Below are positions 9,802 through 19,396 of a stretch of DNA of 64,000 nt, piece after piece. The position numbers were made by a program, and so were the translations under genes. The stretch spans positions 96,001-160,000 of the forward strand of contig OZ244852.1 of assembly GCA_965220965.1 (NCBI GenBank). Direction: 5' to 3'. Position 1 is the stretch's first letter, and each line of letters starts with the position of its first letter. Under the pieces are notes generated by a model. That model did not search any database and was not told the origin of the DNA. It saw nothing but the letters and a program-made list of their open reading frames with translations. Origin of the DNA: Candidatus Marinacidobacterium sp. (GTDB taxonomy: Bacteria > Acidobacteriota > Vicinamibacteria > Marinacidobacterales > Marinacidobacteraceae).

Positions 9802-10441
9802 GCGCCACGCCGGGAGACCCGAGGGGAGGGATCCGGGCGGCGGCGCATGCCCCCGCCGGGGTTTCTCGCTGACCGAACTCCTGGTCGTGGCGGCCTTCGC
9901 GGCGGTCGTCGGCGCGATGGCCGTTCCCTGGGTCTCCGGCCAGCTCCGGGTTCATCGGGTGCGCAGCGCCGCGTTCGCGCTGCGCACCGAGCTTCACCGG
10001 GCCCGGACCGCGGCCGCCTCGGGCGCAGCGAACGTCGCGGTCGTGTTCGATGCTCCGGCGCCCGGGGGAGAACTACCCGACCTGGAGTCCGACCTCCGGG
10101 ACTCGCCCTGGATCGCGATGTACCAGGACGCGAACCACAACGGCGTCCGGCGCGCCGAGATCGCTTCGGGGACCGAGCGGCTGCTCGGGAACCCGTGGCG
10201 CCTCGAGGAGAGGTTCCCCGGCGTCCGCTGGGGCGCTCCGGCCGCCGGGATCGGGGGAGACGAGCTCCCCGGGATCGCCGTCGGGGCCGCGGGGATGGTG
10301 TCCTTCTCCCCGCTGGGCGCGTCCGGCGCCGGCCGGATCACGGTGAGCGGTGAGGGGATCGTCTACTCCGTGGTCATCCACGGCGCCAGCTCGCGAATCC
10401 GGGTGGAGCGCCGCCTGGGAGACGTCTGGGTCCGCGAGTGA
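9767..10441 (+). CDS. GspH/FimT family pseudopilin
   Basis: RRG|FSLTELLVV prepilin motif; LRTELHRAR..A; start codon uncertain. Confidence 0.75.
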   Translation: MRSGAVAPVPPERHAGRPEGRDPGGGACPRRGFSLTELLVVAAFAAVVGAMAVPWVSGQLRVHRVRSAAFALRTELHRARTAAASGAANVAVVFDAPAPGGELPDLESDLRDSPWIAMYQDANHNGVRRAEIASGTERLLGNPWRLEERFPGVRWGAPAAGIGGDELPGIAVGAAGMVSFSPLGASGAGRITVSGEGIVYSVVIHGASSRIRVERRLGDVWVRE

Positions 10442-10494
10442 CGTGGGCCCGGGGAAGGGACGCCGCTTCAGCAGGCGGCGCTCTCCGGCCTCGA

Positions 10495-11778
10495 CTACTG
10501 GCCGACCCAGCCGGCGCTCAGACCCTCCCGGTCCACGCGCTCGCCGCGGAGGTAGACCGCCTCGATCCGGCGGGTGTTCATGATGTCCGCGAGCGGGTCG
10601 GCCTCGAGCACCACGAAGTCCGCCGACTTCCCGGCCTCGATCGTCCCGACTTCATCGCCGCGACCCAGGAACTCGGCCGCGAGCCCCGTCGAGGCGACCA
10701 GGACATCGTGCGGGCTCATGCCGGCCTCCACCATGTCGCGCATCTCGATGTGGGGCCGGTAACCGCCGTTCCCGTCGGTTCCCATGACGATCTTCATCCC
10801 GGCTTCGTGGAGCCGGACCAGATTCCGCGCCTGGATCGCGAACGCCTCGTGGATCTCCGGGCGTTCCTGGTACTGCCCCTGGAGCGCTTCCAGCTCGTCG
10901 GCGGGGATCGTCCCCGACAGCCACGAGACATCCTCGTGGGCGCCGCGGCTTCCCAGGTTCGCCATGAGCGTGACGTCCGGCTGCTCCTGGACCATGGTCA
11001 CGAACTCGTCGTCCACGTCCATGTCGCGGACGCTGTGGGCGAAGGCGTCGACGCCGGCTTCGAGGAGCCCCTTGGCGTCCTCGAGGTCGAAGATGTGGGC
11101 CGCCACCCGCAGGCCGTGCGCGTGCGCCTCCTCGATCGCCGGTCCGTAGATTTCGGGGGTCAGCTTCTCGTACTGCCCGTTCCGGTCGTCCACCCAGAGC
11201 TTGACGATGTCCACGCCCTGCGCCGCCAGTTCCCGGACGGCCTCCCGGGCTTCCTCGGGGGTGTCGATCCAGTACGGGACCTCGGAGCGGCCGGGCTCCG
11301 GCCGGGTGATGCCGCGCCCGGCGGTCATCGAGCGCGCCGCGCCGGGGATCGTGAGATCCCGCACCTCGAAGGCGGTGTCCTCGCCGTCGTGCCCGAGGCT
11401 CAGTCCCAGCCCCACGCCGTAGTAGGCGCGGCGGTGGAGGTCGTCCACCAGCTCCTCCCGGGGAACCCGGAAGTGCACGTGGGTGTCCACCAGCGCCGGG
11501 ATCACGAAGCGCCCCGAGAGGTCCACCCGTTCGGCGCCGTCGGGCGCGGTCACGGCCGATGCCGGTCCCGCCGCGGTGATCACGCCGCCGTCGACCACGA
11601 TCACCGCGTCGGCGATCGGATCGCTGCCGTCGCCGATGATGAGCTGCGCCCCCTCGTAGGCGACGGCGGTCGAGGCGGGGGCCTCCGGCGCGCCGCCACA
11701 TCCGGCGATCACGGCGGCGCCCAGGGCCGTCAGGGCGAGGCCGCGGAATCTGCAAAGCGTGTTGTGACGTGAGTTCAT
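10495..11778 (-). CDS. amidohydrolase family lipoprotein
   Basis: Lipobox IAGC; PALVDTHVH, AAH, FAHS, MGTD, GTIEAGKSADFVVL. Confidence 0.85.
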   Translation of the reverse strand: MNSRHNTLCRFRGLALTALGAAVIAGCGGAPEAPASTAVAYEGAQLIIGDGSDPIADAVIVVDGGVITAAGPASAVTAPDGAERVDLSGRFVIPALVDTHVHFRVPREELVDDLHRRAYYGVGLGLSLGHDGEDTAFEVRDLTIPGAARSMTAGRGITRPEPGRSEVPYWIDTPEEAREAVRELAAQGVDIVKLWVDDRNGQYEKLTPEIYGPAIEEAHAHGLRVAAHIFDLEDAKGLLEAGVDAFAHSVRDMDVDDEFVTMVQEQPDVTLMANLGSRGAHEDVSWLSGTIPADELEALQGQYQERPEIHEAFAIQARNLVRLHEAGMKIVMGTDGNGGYRPHIEMRDMVEAGMSPHDVLVASTGLAAEFLGRGDEVGTIEAGKSADFVVLEADPLADIMNTRRIEAVYLRGERVDREGLSAGWVGQ

Positions 11779-11818
11779 TGAAAGTCTCTCCGCAGGGTGG
11801 ACCGGAGGCCGCCCCGAG

Positions 11819-13891
11819 TTACTGCGGTTCTCCGAGGAATACCGGCTCCGGGTCCACCAGCTTCACCGCCCAGAGCCCCGAATGGTGGTCCGCGAGAAAG
11901 ATGTGGCCCTTGTAGGGCTGTGGACCCCAGACCATGGCGGAGTTCGGGATGAAGCTCTCCGGGTCCTCCGGCAGGAACGCCGCGATCTCGCGGCCCTGCC
12001 GGTAGAGATCCCCGCGCAGTTCGCCCGAGATGTCCACGACGCGCAGACCGCCGTTGTAGTAGCCGATGTAGAGGATGTCGTCCTCGACCCACAGGTTGTG
12101 GGTCCCCGCCTCGGGGACCTGGTAGCGGGCCACTTCGACCGGCTCCTCCCAGTTGTCCCACTCGAAGATGTGGATCCAGCCGGCGGCGCGATCCGGCGTG
12201 CCCGGCTCGCCCATCGTCTGGTAGGGGAACGCCTCGTCCCCGCCGATCATCAGGAACTTTCCGGTGGACTCGCTGCGGTAGGGGAAGGCGGCGTGGTTCC
12301 AGCCGCTCGGGTAGGGAGTGCTGCCGAGCAGGACCGGGTTGTTCGGCGCGCCGCCCATGCCGCCGCCGCCCACATCCACCGCCACGACGCCGTCGCTCCA
12401 GTTCGAGGAGTAGGCGATCCCCTCGTGGACCCAGACATCGTGGATCGAGTGTCCCGGGGTGTCCAGTTCGAAGCGGCCGACCCGGTAGGGGTTCGCCGGA
12501 TCCTCGGCGTTCAGGATGTCGTAGCGGCGTCCCGCCGAGAGCGCGTAGATGTGCTCTTCGGCGATGAAGACGTTGTGGACGCCGCCGCTCAACTGATCGT
12601 CATAGCGGGTGATGACCTGGACGCCGTTCTGCGGGTCGCTCACATCGAGGATCACCAGCCCGTTCTTGCGGTCCGAGGCGCCCTCGCGGCTGATGACCGC
12701 GAACATCCCGTCCTCCGAGACCTTCACGTCGTTCACGGTCCGGGCGTCCACCCGGACGGTGTCGATGAGGGCCATCGAGGCGGGGTCGGTCACGTCCCAG
12801 AAGTAGGCGTGTCCATCCGCGCCCCAGGTTCCGGTCACCGCGTAATCGCGTCCGTCCGGGCCTTCCCAGACCCACAGGTCCGAGGTGTGCCGGTCCCGCA
12901 CCGGCCCCTGTCCGACGACCTCGACGTCCTTCCTGACGTTCCGGGAGACGACGCTCAGCGTGGCCGACGCCGAACGGGTGAAGCCGTCGGCGATCACGGT
13001 GTGGGTTCCGGAGCGCTCCGCGACGAAGGCCCCGTCGGCGCCGACCTGCCCGATGGCCCCCGGGGCGATGATCCCGTCCGCCGGGACGCCGTGGGTGGCG
13101 AACTGGACCGGGTAGTGCGGCACGGCGTTCCCCGCATCGTCGAGCGCCGTCGCCTCGAAGAACACCACGTCCCCGGTGCGCACCGGGTCGGCGGCGTTCG
13201 GGTCGGGCCGGGCGCTCAGCGCGATGGAGGCCACCGGGTTGTCCTCCACCACGAGCGCCTCGGTTCGGGTCGCGGCCTCCGCGGTCGCCGTCAGGTTGGC
13301 GCTCCCCGCCCCGACGAGCGTGAGGACGCCCAGCGGATCCACCGTGGCGACGCCCGGGTCGCTCGTCGTCCAGACGATCTCCACGTCATTCCGGACGGCG
13401 CCGGAGACATCGGTCACCACCGCCTCCAGCGCGATCGCGGTGCCGGCGTAGAGCCGCTCGGGGAGATTCGCGGCCTCCACGCTGGCCACCGGCGGATTCG
13501 GGACCGTGACCGGGATCTCGACGAGGACCGCCGGCTCGGAGCGCCGATCGGCGTTCTCCGGGTCCCTCGGGACCATCGCGATCAGGGTGTGGTCGCCGGG
13601 CCGGTAGGCCTCGACGACCCCCGCCGGGTTCACCCCCACGGATCGCCGCGCCCTGGAGAAGAACACGACGGTGCGGTCGAGCGAATTGCCGTCAGCGTCC
13701 CGAACCTCCGCCTCGAGGACCAGTTGGTCCCCCACCTCGAGCGTCAGCTCGGCGGGAGTGACAACGAGCTCGGCGGGCTCCGGCCCGGCGGCCGCCGCTT
13801 CTTCCTGGGCGGCGGCGCCGGTCGACAGCAGGAGCCCCGCCAGCGCGGCGGCGGGCAGGGGGAAACGGGAGAGTTGATGCGTCCGGGTCAT
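11819..13891 (-). CDS. secreted Ig-like (Big_2) + LVIVD-repeat beta-propeller protein, paralog 1
   Basis: Signal peptide; W.TSDPGVATVD Ig motif; LVILDVSDP and LRVVDISG repeats. Confidence 0.8.
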   Translation of the reverse strand: MTRTHQLSRFPLPAAALAGLLLSTGAAAQEEAAAAGPEPAELVVTPAELTLEVGDQLVLEAEVRDADGNSLDRTVVFFSRARRSVGVNPAGVVEAYRPGDHTLIAMVPRDPENADRRSEPAVLVEIPVTVPNPPVASVEAANLPERLYAGTAIALEAVVTDVSGAVRNDVEIVWTTSDPGVATVDPLGVLTLVGAGSANLTATAEAATRTEALVVEDNPVASIALSARPDPNAADPVRTGDVVFFEATALDDAGNAVPHYPVQFATHGVPADGIIAPGAIGQVGADGAFVAERSGTHTVIADGFTRSASATLSVVSRNVRKDVEVVGQGPVRDRHTSDLWVWEGPDGRDYAVTGTWGADGHAYFWDVTDPASMALIDTVRVDARTVNDVKVSEDGMFAVISREGASDRKNGLVILDVSDPQNGVQVITRYDDQLSGGVHNVFIAEEHIYALSAGRRYDILNAEDPANPYRVGRFELDTPGHSIHDVWVHEGIAYSSNWSDGVVAVDVGGGGMGGAPNNPVLLGSTPYPSGWNHAAFPYRSESTGKFLMIGGDEAFPYQTMGEPGTPDRAAGWIHIFEWDNWEEPVEVARYQVPEAGTHNLWVEDDILYIGYYNGGLRVVDISGELRGDLYRQGREIAAFLPEDPESFIPNSAMVWGPQPYKGHIFLADHHSGLWAVKLVDPEPVFLGEPQ

Positions 13892-13927
13892 GAAGCGCCC
13901 CTTGCGACCGCCGCCAGCGGTCCGGAT

Positions 13928-15997
13928 CTATTGCGGTTCGCCGAGGAACACCGGTTCGTGGTCCACGAGCTTCACCGCCCAGAGTCCCGAGTTCATGTCG
14001 CTCAGGAAGATGTGCCCCTTGAACGGTTGCGGGCCCCACGTCATCGGGGCGTTCGGGATGTGGCCCTCGGGGTCCTCGGGGAGGAAGGCCGCGATCTCGC
14101 GGCCCTGCCGGTAGAGGTCCCCGCGGAGCTCGCCGGAGATATCGACGACCCGCAGCCCGGCGTTGTAGTAGGCGATGTAGAGGATGTCGTCCTCGACCCA
14201 CAGGTTGTGGGTCCCCGCCTCGGGCACCTGGTAGCGGGCGACCTCGACCGGCTCCTCCCAGTTGTCCCACTCGAAGATGTGGATCCAGCCGGCGGCGCGC
14301 CGCGGGGTGTCCGGCTCGCCGATGACCTGGTAGGGGAACGCCTCGTCGCCGCCGATCATCAGGAACTTGCCGGTGGACTGGCTCCGGTAGGGGAAGGCGG
14401 CGTGGTTCCAGCCGCTCGGGTAGGGGGTGTTGCCGAGCAGGACCGGGTTGTTCGGCGCGCCGCCCATGCCGCCGCCGCCAACGTCCACCGCGACGACGCC
14501 GTCATTCCAGTTCGAGGAGTAGGCGATCCCCTCATGGACCCAGACATCGTGGATCGAGTGTCCCGGAGTGTCCAGCTCGAAACGGCCGACCCGGTAAGGG
14601 TTCGTCGGATCCTCGGCGTTCAGGATGTCGTAGCGCCGCCCCGCCGAGAGCGCGTAGATGTGCTCTTCGGCGATGAAGACGTTGTGGACGCCGCCGCTCA
14701 ACTGATCGTCGTAGCGGGAGATGACCTGAACGCCGTTCTGCGGGTCGCTCACATCGAGGATCACCAGCCCGTTCTTGCGGTCCGAGGCGCCTTCGCGGCT
14801 GATGACCGCGAACTTGCCGTCCTCGGACACCTTCACGTCGTTCACGGTCCGGGCGTCCACCCGCACGGTGTCGATCAGGGCGATCGACGACGGGTCGGTG
14901 ACGTCCCAGAAGTAGGCGTGCCCGTCCGCGCTGTGGGTCCCGGTGACGGCATAGTCCCGTCCGTCGACGCCCTCCCAGATCCACAGATCCGACGTGCGGC
15001 GGTCCCGGACCGGGCCCTGGCCCACGACCTGGACGTCCTTCCGGACGTTCCGGGAGACCACGCTCACCGTCGCCGAGGCCGACCGGGTGAAGCCGTCCGC
15101 GATCACGGTGTGGGTTCCCGGGCGTTCCGCGACGAACGCGCCGTCGGCGCCAACCTGCCCGATCGCGCCGGGAGCGACGATCCCGGCCGCCGGGACGCCG
15201 AGGGTCGCGAACTGCACCGGATAGTCGGGAACGTCGTTGCCGTCGGCGTCAACCACGGAAGCCTCGAAGAACACCACATCGCCGGTGCGCACCGAGGCGT
15301 CGGGAGCTCCTTCGAGCGTGATCGAGACCACCGGGTTGGCGGCCACGGTGATCGCCGTGTCGTGACTCACCGCCTCCGCCGTCGTCGTCACGGTGGCGCT
15401 GCCGGGGCTCACCAGCTCGAGAACGCCGAGCGCATCCACGGTGGCGACCGCCGGGTCGCTCGAACTCCAGCCGACCCCCACATCGTTCCGCACCGCGCCC
15501 GAGGTGTCGGTCACCAGCGGCCGCAGGCTGATCGCGGTTCCGGCGTAGAGGTGGCCGGGCATGTTGGCGATCTCCACCGAGGCCACCGGCGGGTTCGGGA
15601 TCGTGACCGGGATCTCGACCTGGACCGCCGGCTCGGCGCGCCGGTCGTTGTCTTCCGGGTCCCTCGGAACCATGGCGATCAGGGTGTGCTCGCCGGGGCG
15701 ATAGGCCTCCACGATCCCCGCCGGGTTCACTCCGACCGCGCGGCGACGGCGGGAGTAGAACACCACGGTCCGGTCCATCGGGTTGCCTTCCTCGTCGCGC
15801 ACTTCGGCCTCGAGGGTCAGGCTGTCTCCGACCTCGAGGGTGAGTTCGTCCGGCGTGACGATGAGCTCGGCGGGCTGGGGCCCGGCGGGCTCTTCGCCTT
15901 CCTCCTGGGCCAGCGCGAGCCCGGGGACGAGGAGGAGCGCCGCGGCCGCGGCCGCGAGGCCCCGGAGACGGCGGGAGGTTTCGTGCTGTTCGGTCAT
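13928..15997 (-). CDS. secreted Ig-like + LVIVD-repeat protein, paralog 2
   Basis: ATG 15997 with GGAG upstream; propeller region nearly identical to paralog 1. Confidence 0.8.
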   Translation of the reverse strand: MTEQHETSRRLRGLAAAAAALLLVPGLALAQEEGEEPAGPQPAELIVTPDELTLEVGDSLTLEAEVRDEEGNPMDRTVVFYSRRRRAVGVNPAGIVEAYRPGEHTLIAMVPRDPEDNDRRAEPAVQVEIPVTIPNPPVASVEIANMPGHLYAGTAISLRPLVTDTSGAVRNDVGVGWSSSDPAVATVDALGVLELVSPGSATVTTTAEAVSHDTAITVAANPVVSITLEGAPDASVRTGDVVFFEASVVDADGNDVPDYPVQFATLGVPAAGIVAPGAIGQVGADGAFVAERPGTHTVIADGFTRSASATVSVVSRNVRKDVQVVGQGPVRDRRTSDLWIWEGVDGRDYAVTGTHSADGHAYFWDVTDPSSIALIDTVRVDARTVNDVKVSEDGKFAVISREGASDRKNGLVILDVSDPQNGVQVISRYDDQLSGGVHNVFIAEEHIYALSAGRRYDILNAEDPTNPYRVGRFELDTPGHSIHDVWVHEGIAYSSNWNDGVVAVDVGGGGMGGAPNNPVLLGNTPYPSGWNHAAFPYRSQSTGKFLMIGGDEAFPYQVIGEPDTPRRAAGWIHIFEWDNWEEPVEVARYQVPEAGTHNLWVEDDILYIAYYNAGLRVVDISGELRGDLYRQGREIAAFLPEDPEGHIPNAPMTWGPQPFKGHIFLSDMNSGLWAVKLVDHEPVFLGEPQ

Positions 15998-16047
15998 GGC
16001 TTCGTTCTCCACGGCTGCTTCGCTGCTGCGTACTTTGCCCGGGCGTC

Positions 16048-17166
16048 TCACGGTTCGCCCTTCCAGTAGATGATTCCGCCGGCCTGCTTGCCGACATCCA
16101 CCCGTCCGACGCGCTCGGCGGCGGCCACGTCGTAGACCTCGACCGTCCCCGGTTCGCCGCCGATCCCCTCCAGGGTCACGATGGCGTACCGGTCGTCGTC
16201 CGTCACGACGACGCCGTGGGGAACGCGCCGGGTGGTCTCGGGGGCCGCGATGAGCTTCCCGGACTCGAGGTCCCAGAAGCCGATCCGGTGGCCCGACTTG
16301 TAGGTGGCGACGAGGCGGCTTCCGTCGGACGTGATCTCGAGGTTGTAGGGGTTCTCCCCCGGCCCGGCGTCGAACCGGCGGGCGACCTCCCAGGACTCGA
16401 GGTCCACCTCGTAGATGGCGCTGTCGCCGTTGCCCGCGACGTAGACCTTGCCCTGCGGGGAGGGCTTCGTGGCCCAGGTCGGCTTGACGACCGGCATCCG
16501 CATGCCGCCCATGTCTCCCATCCCGGCGTGGCCGGCGTGGGGGTCCGGAGGATCCGTGCCGAGCGCCAGGCGGCGGGCGATCTCGAACCGCAGCGCGTCG
16601 ACCTCCACCAGCTCGTCATCCATCATGTTGACCGAGTAGAGCCGGGTGCCGTCGCCGTTCATCCGCGCCCCGTGGGGCATCACGCCGGTGTCGATCGTCG
16701 CGACCTCGATCATCGTGCCCGTCTCCACGACCGAGATCGTGCTCGGCACCATGTCGCCGTGGAGGTTGAAGTTCACGATGTAGAGCAGCCCGGTGCTCGG
16801 GGAGATGTCCATCGTGGCCGGGAACATGCCGAGGGTGGCGTCTCCCATCCATTCGTTCGTGCCGGTCTCGTACTTGTGGACCGAGCCGAAAGGCATGCCG
16901 TGGGCGATGGAGAGGAACCAGTACCGGCCGTCCGGCGAGATGTTGATCCCGTGCGGACCCTCGGTCTCGGTGGGGAAGCTCCCCACCGCGATCTCGTCCA
17001 CCTCGGTCGTCCCTCCGGGTCCGAAGCGGATCAGGTGCACGGTGTCGTCGGACTCGGCGCACACGTAGACGAAGTAGTTCCGCTTCGGCGGCTCGAGGTC
17101 CTCGGCCAGCGCCGGCGCCGCGAGCGCCAGCGAGACCGCCAGAAACAGCGCGCGATGTCCGGTCAC
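16048..17166 (-). CDS. YncE/YVTN-type beta-propeller protein with His/Met-rich loop
   Basis: GTG start overlaps the upstream stop (GTGA); signal peptide; three PHG motifs; HAGHAGMGDMGGMRM loop. Confidence 0.75.
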   Translation of the reverse strand: MTGHRALFLAVSLALAAPALAEDLEPPKRNYFVYVCAESDDTVHLIRFGPGGTTEVDEIAVGSFPTETEGPHGINISPDGRYWFLSIAHGMPFGSVHKYETGTNEWMGDATLGMFPATMDISPSTGLLYIVNFNLHGDMVPSTISVVETGTMIEVATIDTGVMPHGARMNGDGTRLYSVNMMDDELVEVDALRFEIARRLALGTDPPDPHAGHAGMGDMGGMRMPVVKPTWATKPSPQGKVYVAGNGDSAIYEVDLESWEVARRFDAGPGENPYNLEITSDGSRLVATYKSGHRIGFWDLESGKLIAAPETTRRVPHGVVVTDDDRYAIVTLEGIGGEPGTVEVYDVAAAERVGRVDVGKQAGGIIYWKGEP

Positions 17167-19199
17167 TGCGGTTCTCCCATGTTGCGGGGCGTCTCCGGGT
17201 CGACGAGCTTCACCGCCCACAGCCCCGAGTTCCAGTCGGTGAAGAAGATGTGGCCCTTGAACGGCTGCGGGCCCCACACGAACGTGGCGTTCTTCTTGTA
17301 CCCCTCCGGGTCGGCGGGCTCGAAGAACGCGATCTCGCGACCCTGGCGGTAGAGGTCGCCGCGGAGTTCGCCCGAGACGTCCACCACCCGCAGGCCCGCG
17401 TTGTAGTAGCCGACATAGAGGATGTCGTCCTCGACCCAGATGTTGTGGCTGCCCGCTTCCGGAACCTGGTAGCGCGCCACTTCACGACCCTCGCCGCTCT
17501 CCTCGTCCCACTCGGCGATGTGGACCCAGCCGGCCGCCACGTCGGGGAGGTCGCCGTCGGGGTCGAAGCTCCAGGGGAAGCTTTCGTCGCCGGCGAACAC
17601 CAGCATCTTGCCGGTGGACTGGCTGCGGTAGGGGAAGCCGGCGTGGTTCCACCCGTTCGGATACTTGAAGCTCCCGATCATCTTCGGGTCGTTGGGAGCT
17701 CCGCCGAGGCCGCCGCCCCCGACATCCACCGCGACCACGCCGTCGGTCCAGTTGGACGACCACGCGATCCCCTCGTGGACCCACACGTCGTGGATGCCGT
17801 GTCCGGGGGTGTCCAGCTCGAAACGGCCCACCCGGTAGGGGTTCGCCGGATCCTCCGCGTTCAGGATGTCGTAACGGCGCCCCGCCGAGAGCGCGTAGAT
17901 GTGCTGCTCGGCGACGAACACGTTGTGGACGCCGCCGCTCAACTGGTCGTCGTAGCGCGAGAGGATCCGCACGCCGTCGGTCGGGTTCGAGACATCGAGG
18001 ACGACCAGGCCGTTCCGGCGATCCGAGGCGCCCTCCCGGCCGATCACCGCGAATTTCCCGTCCGGGGAGACCTTCACGTCGTTCACCGTGCGCGCGTCGA
18101 CCCGGACCGTGTCCACCAGGGCGATGCCCGCCGGATCGGTCACGTCCCAGAAGTAGGCGTGGCCGTCGGCGCCCCAGGTGCCGGTGACCGCGTAGTCGCG
18201 GCCGTCGAGCCCTTCCCAGACCCACAGGTCCGAGGTGTGCCGGTCCAGCACCGGGCCGCGTCCGACGATCTCCCAGTCCTTGCGGATGTTGCGGGGGACG
18301 GCCCGGATCGAGGTCCGGGCGGTGAGCCCGCCGCCGGAGACGACGACGGTGTGGAGTCCGGCGCGCTCGGCGACGAAGGCGCCATCCGGCTCCACGAAGG
18401 CGGCGGCGCCGGGCGCGACCAGGTTCGGCGGGGTGCGGGTGAAGACCGCGTACTGGAGGGGGTAGTCGGGAACCGCGTTACCCGAAGCGTCGACCGCCTC
18501 GGCGGCGATCCAGACCACGTCTCCGGTGCGGGCCTCGGTCTGGTCGCTGTTCGCCTCGATCCGGACGGCGGGATTCGGGCTGACCACGAGGTCGGCGCTC
18601 CCGCGCACGCCCTCGGACATGGCGGTGATCGTCGCGGAGCCCTCGCCGTGGAGCATCAGCATCCCGTGCTCGCTGACGGTGGCCACCGAGTCGTCACTCG
18701 AACTCCATTCGAAGTCCGGGTTGCGGTCGGCGCCCGACTCGTCGGTCGCGCTGGCGCTCACGCCGAGCGATGTCCCGGCGTAGAGGTTGGGCGGAAGGGG
18801 GTGGACATCGATCGAGGCGAGCGGCGGCCACGCCACGTTCACCGGGATCTCGACGAGCACCGCGGGCTCGGACCGCCGGTCGCCCGGGCCGTCTCCGACG
18901 GGAACCATCGCAACCAGGGTGTGCTCTCCGGGCCGATGCGCCTCCACCATGCCGGCGGGCGTCACGCCCACATAACGGCGGGCGCGCGAGAAGAAGACCA
19001 CCGGACGGTCCATGGCGGCGCCCGCGGCGTCCCGGACTTCCGCGGTGAGCTGCGCCGTCTCGCCGACTTCGAGGGCCAGCTCGGCCGGCGTCACCACCAG
19101 TTCCGCCGGCTGCTGGGCGGCCGCCGAGGTCGCCAGCGCGGCGAACAGCAGGAGCGCCGCTCCCGCCGAAGCCCCGTAGCGCAGACGTGAGGGACGCAT
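17163..19199 (-). CDS. secreted Ig-like + LVIVD-repeat protein, paralog 3
   Basis: 3' part of ORF 17163..20612; signal peptide from ATG 19199; homologous to paralogs 1 and 2. Confidence 0.8.
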   Translation of the reverse strand: MRPSRLRYGASAGAALLLFAALATSAAAQQPAELVVTPAELALEVGETAQLTAEVRDAAGAAMDRPVVFFSRARRYVGVTPAGMVEAHRPGEHTLVAMVPVGDGPGDRRSEPAVLVEIPVNVAWPPLASIDVHPLPPNLYAGTSLGVSASATDESGADRNPDFEWSSSDDSVATVSEHGMLMLHGEGSATITAMSEGVRGSADLVVSPNPAVRIEANSDQTEARTGDVVWIAAEAVDASGNAVPDYPLQYAVFTRTPPNLVAPGAAAFVEPDGAFVAERAGLHTVVVSGGGLTARTSIRAVPRNIRKDWEIVGRGPVLDRHTSDLWVWEGLDGRDYAVTGTWGADGHAYFWDVTDPAGIALVDTVRVDARTVNDVKVSPDGKFAVIGREGASDRRNGLVVLDVSNPTDGVRILSRYDDQLSGGVHNVFVAEQHIYALSAGRRYDILNAEDPANPYRVGRFELDTPGHGIHDVWVHEGIAWSSNWTDGVVAVDVGGGGLGGAPNDPKMIGSFKYPNGWNHAGFPYRSQSTGKMLVFAGDESFPWSFDPDGDLPDVAAGWVHIAEWDEESGEGREVARYQVPEAGSHNIWVEDDILYVGYYNAGLRVVDVSGELRGDLYRQGREIAFFEPADPEGYKKNATFVWGPQPFKGHIFFTDWNSGLWAVKLVDPETPRNMGEPQ

Positions 19200-19396
19200 G
19201 GTCCCGCTCAGCGGACCAGTGACTTTCAACTCGGGCAACATCGGGCGCAACCTCCTGACGGCGACCATCCGGCCAACGGAACATGGTACTTCCTGTTGGG
19301 GTTCCCGCCCAGGGGGCATGGGCGCGCGCGCCGGTTCGCCGCAACGCGGCTCACCCTGGCGAGCGGCGAGAAGGCGCCCGCGGCCGGCGGTGAGAT

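Noticed and set aside
11819-17180. Shared C-terminal GEP(Q) as a novel sorting signal
   Set aside because: No TM or basic tail. Explained by paralogy and, in paralog 3, by overlap with the next gene's RBS and start (GGAGAACCGCAGTGA).
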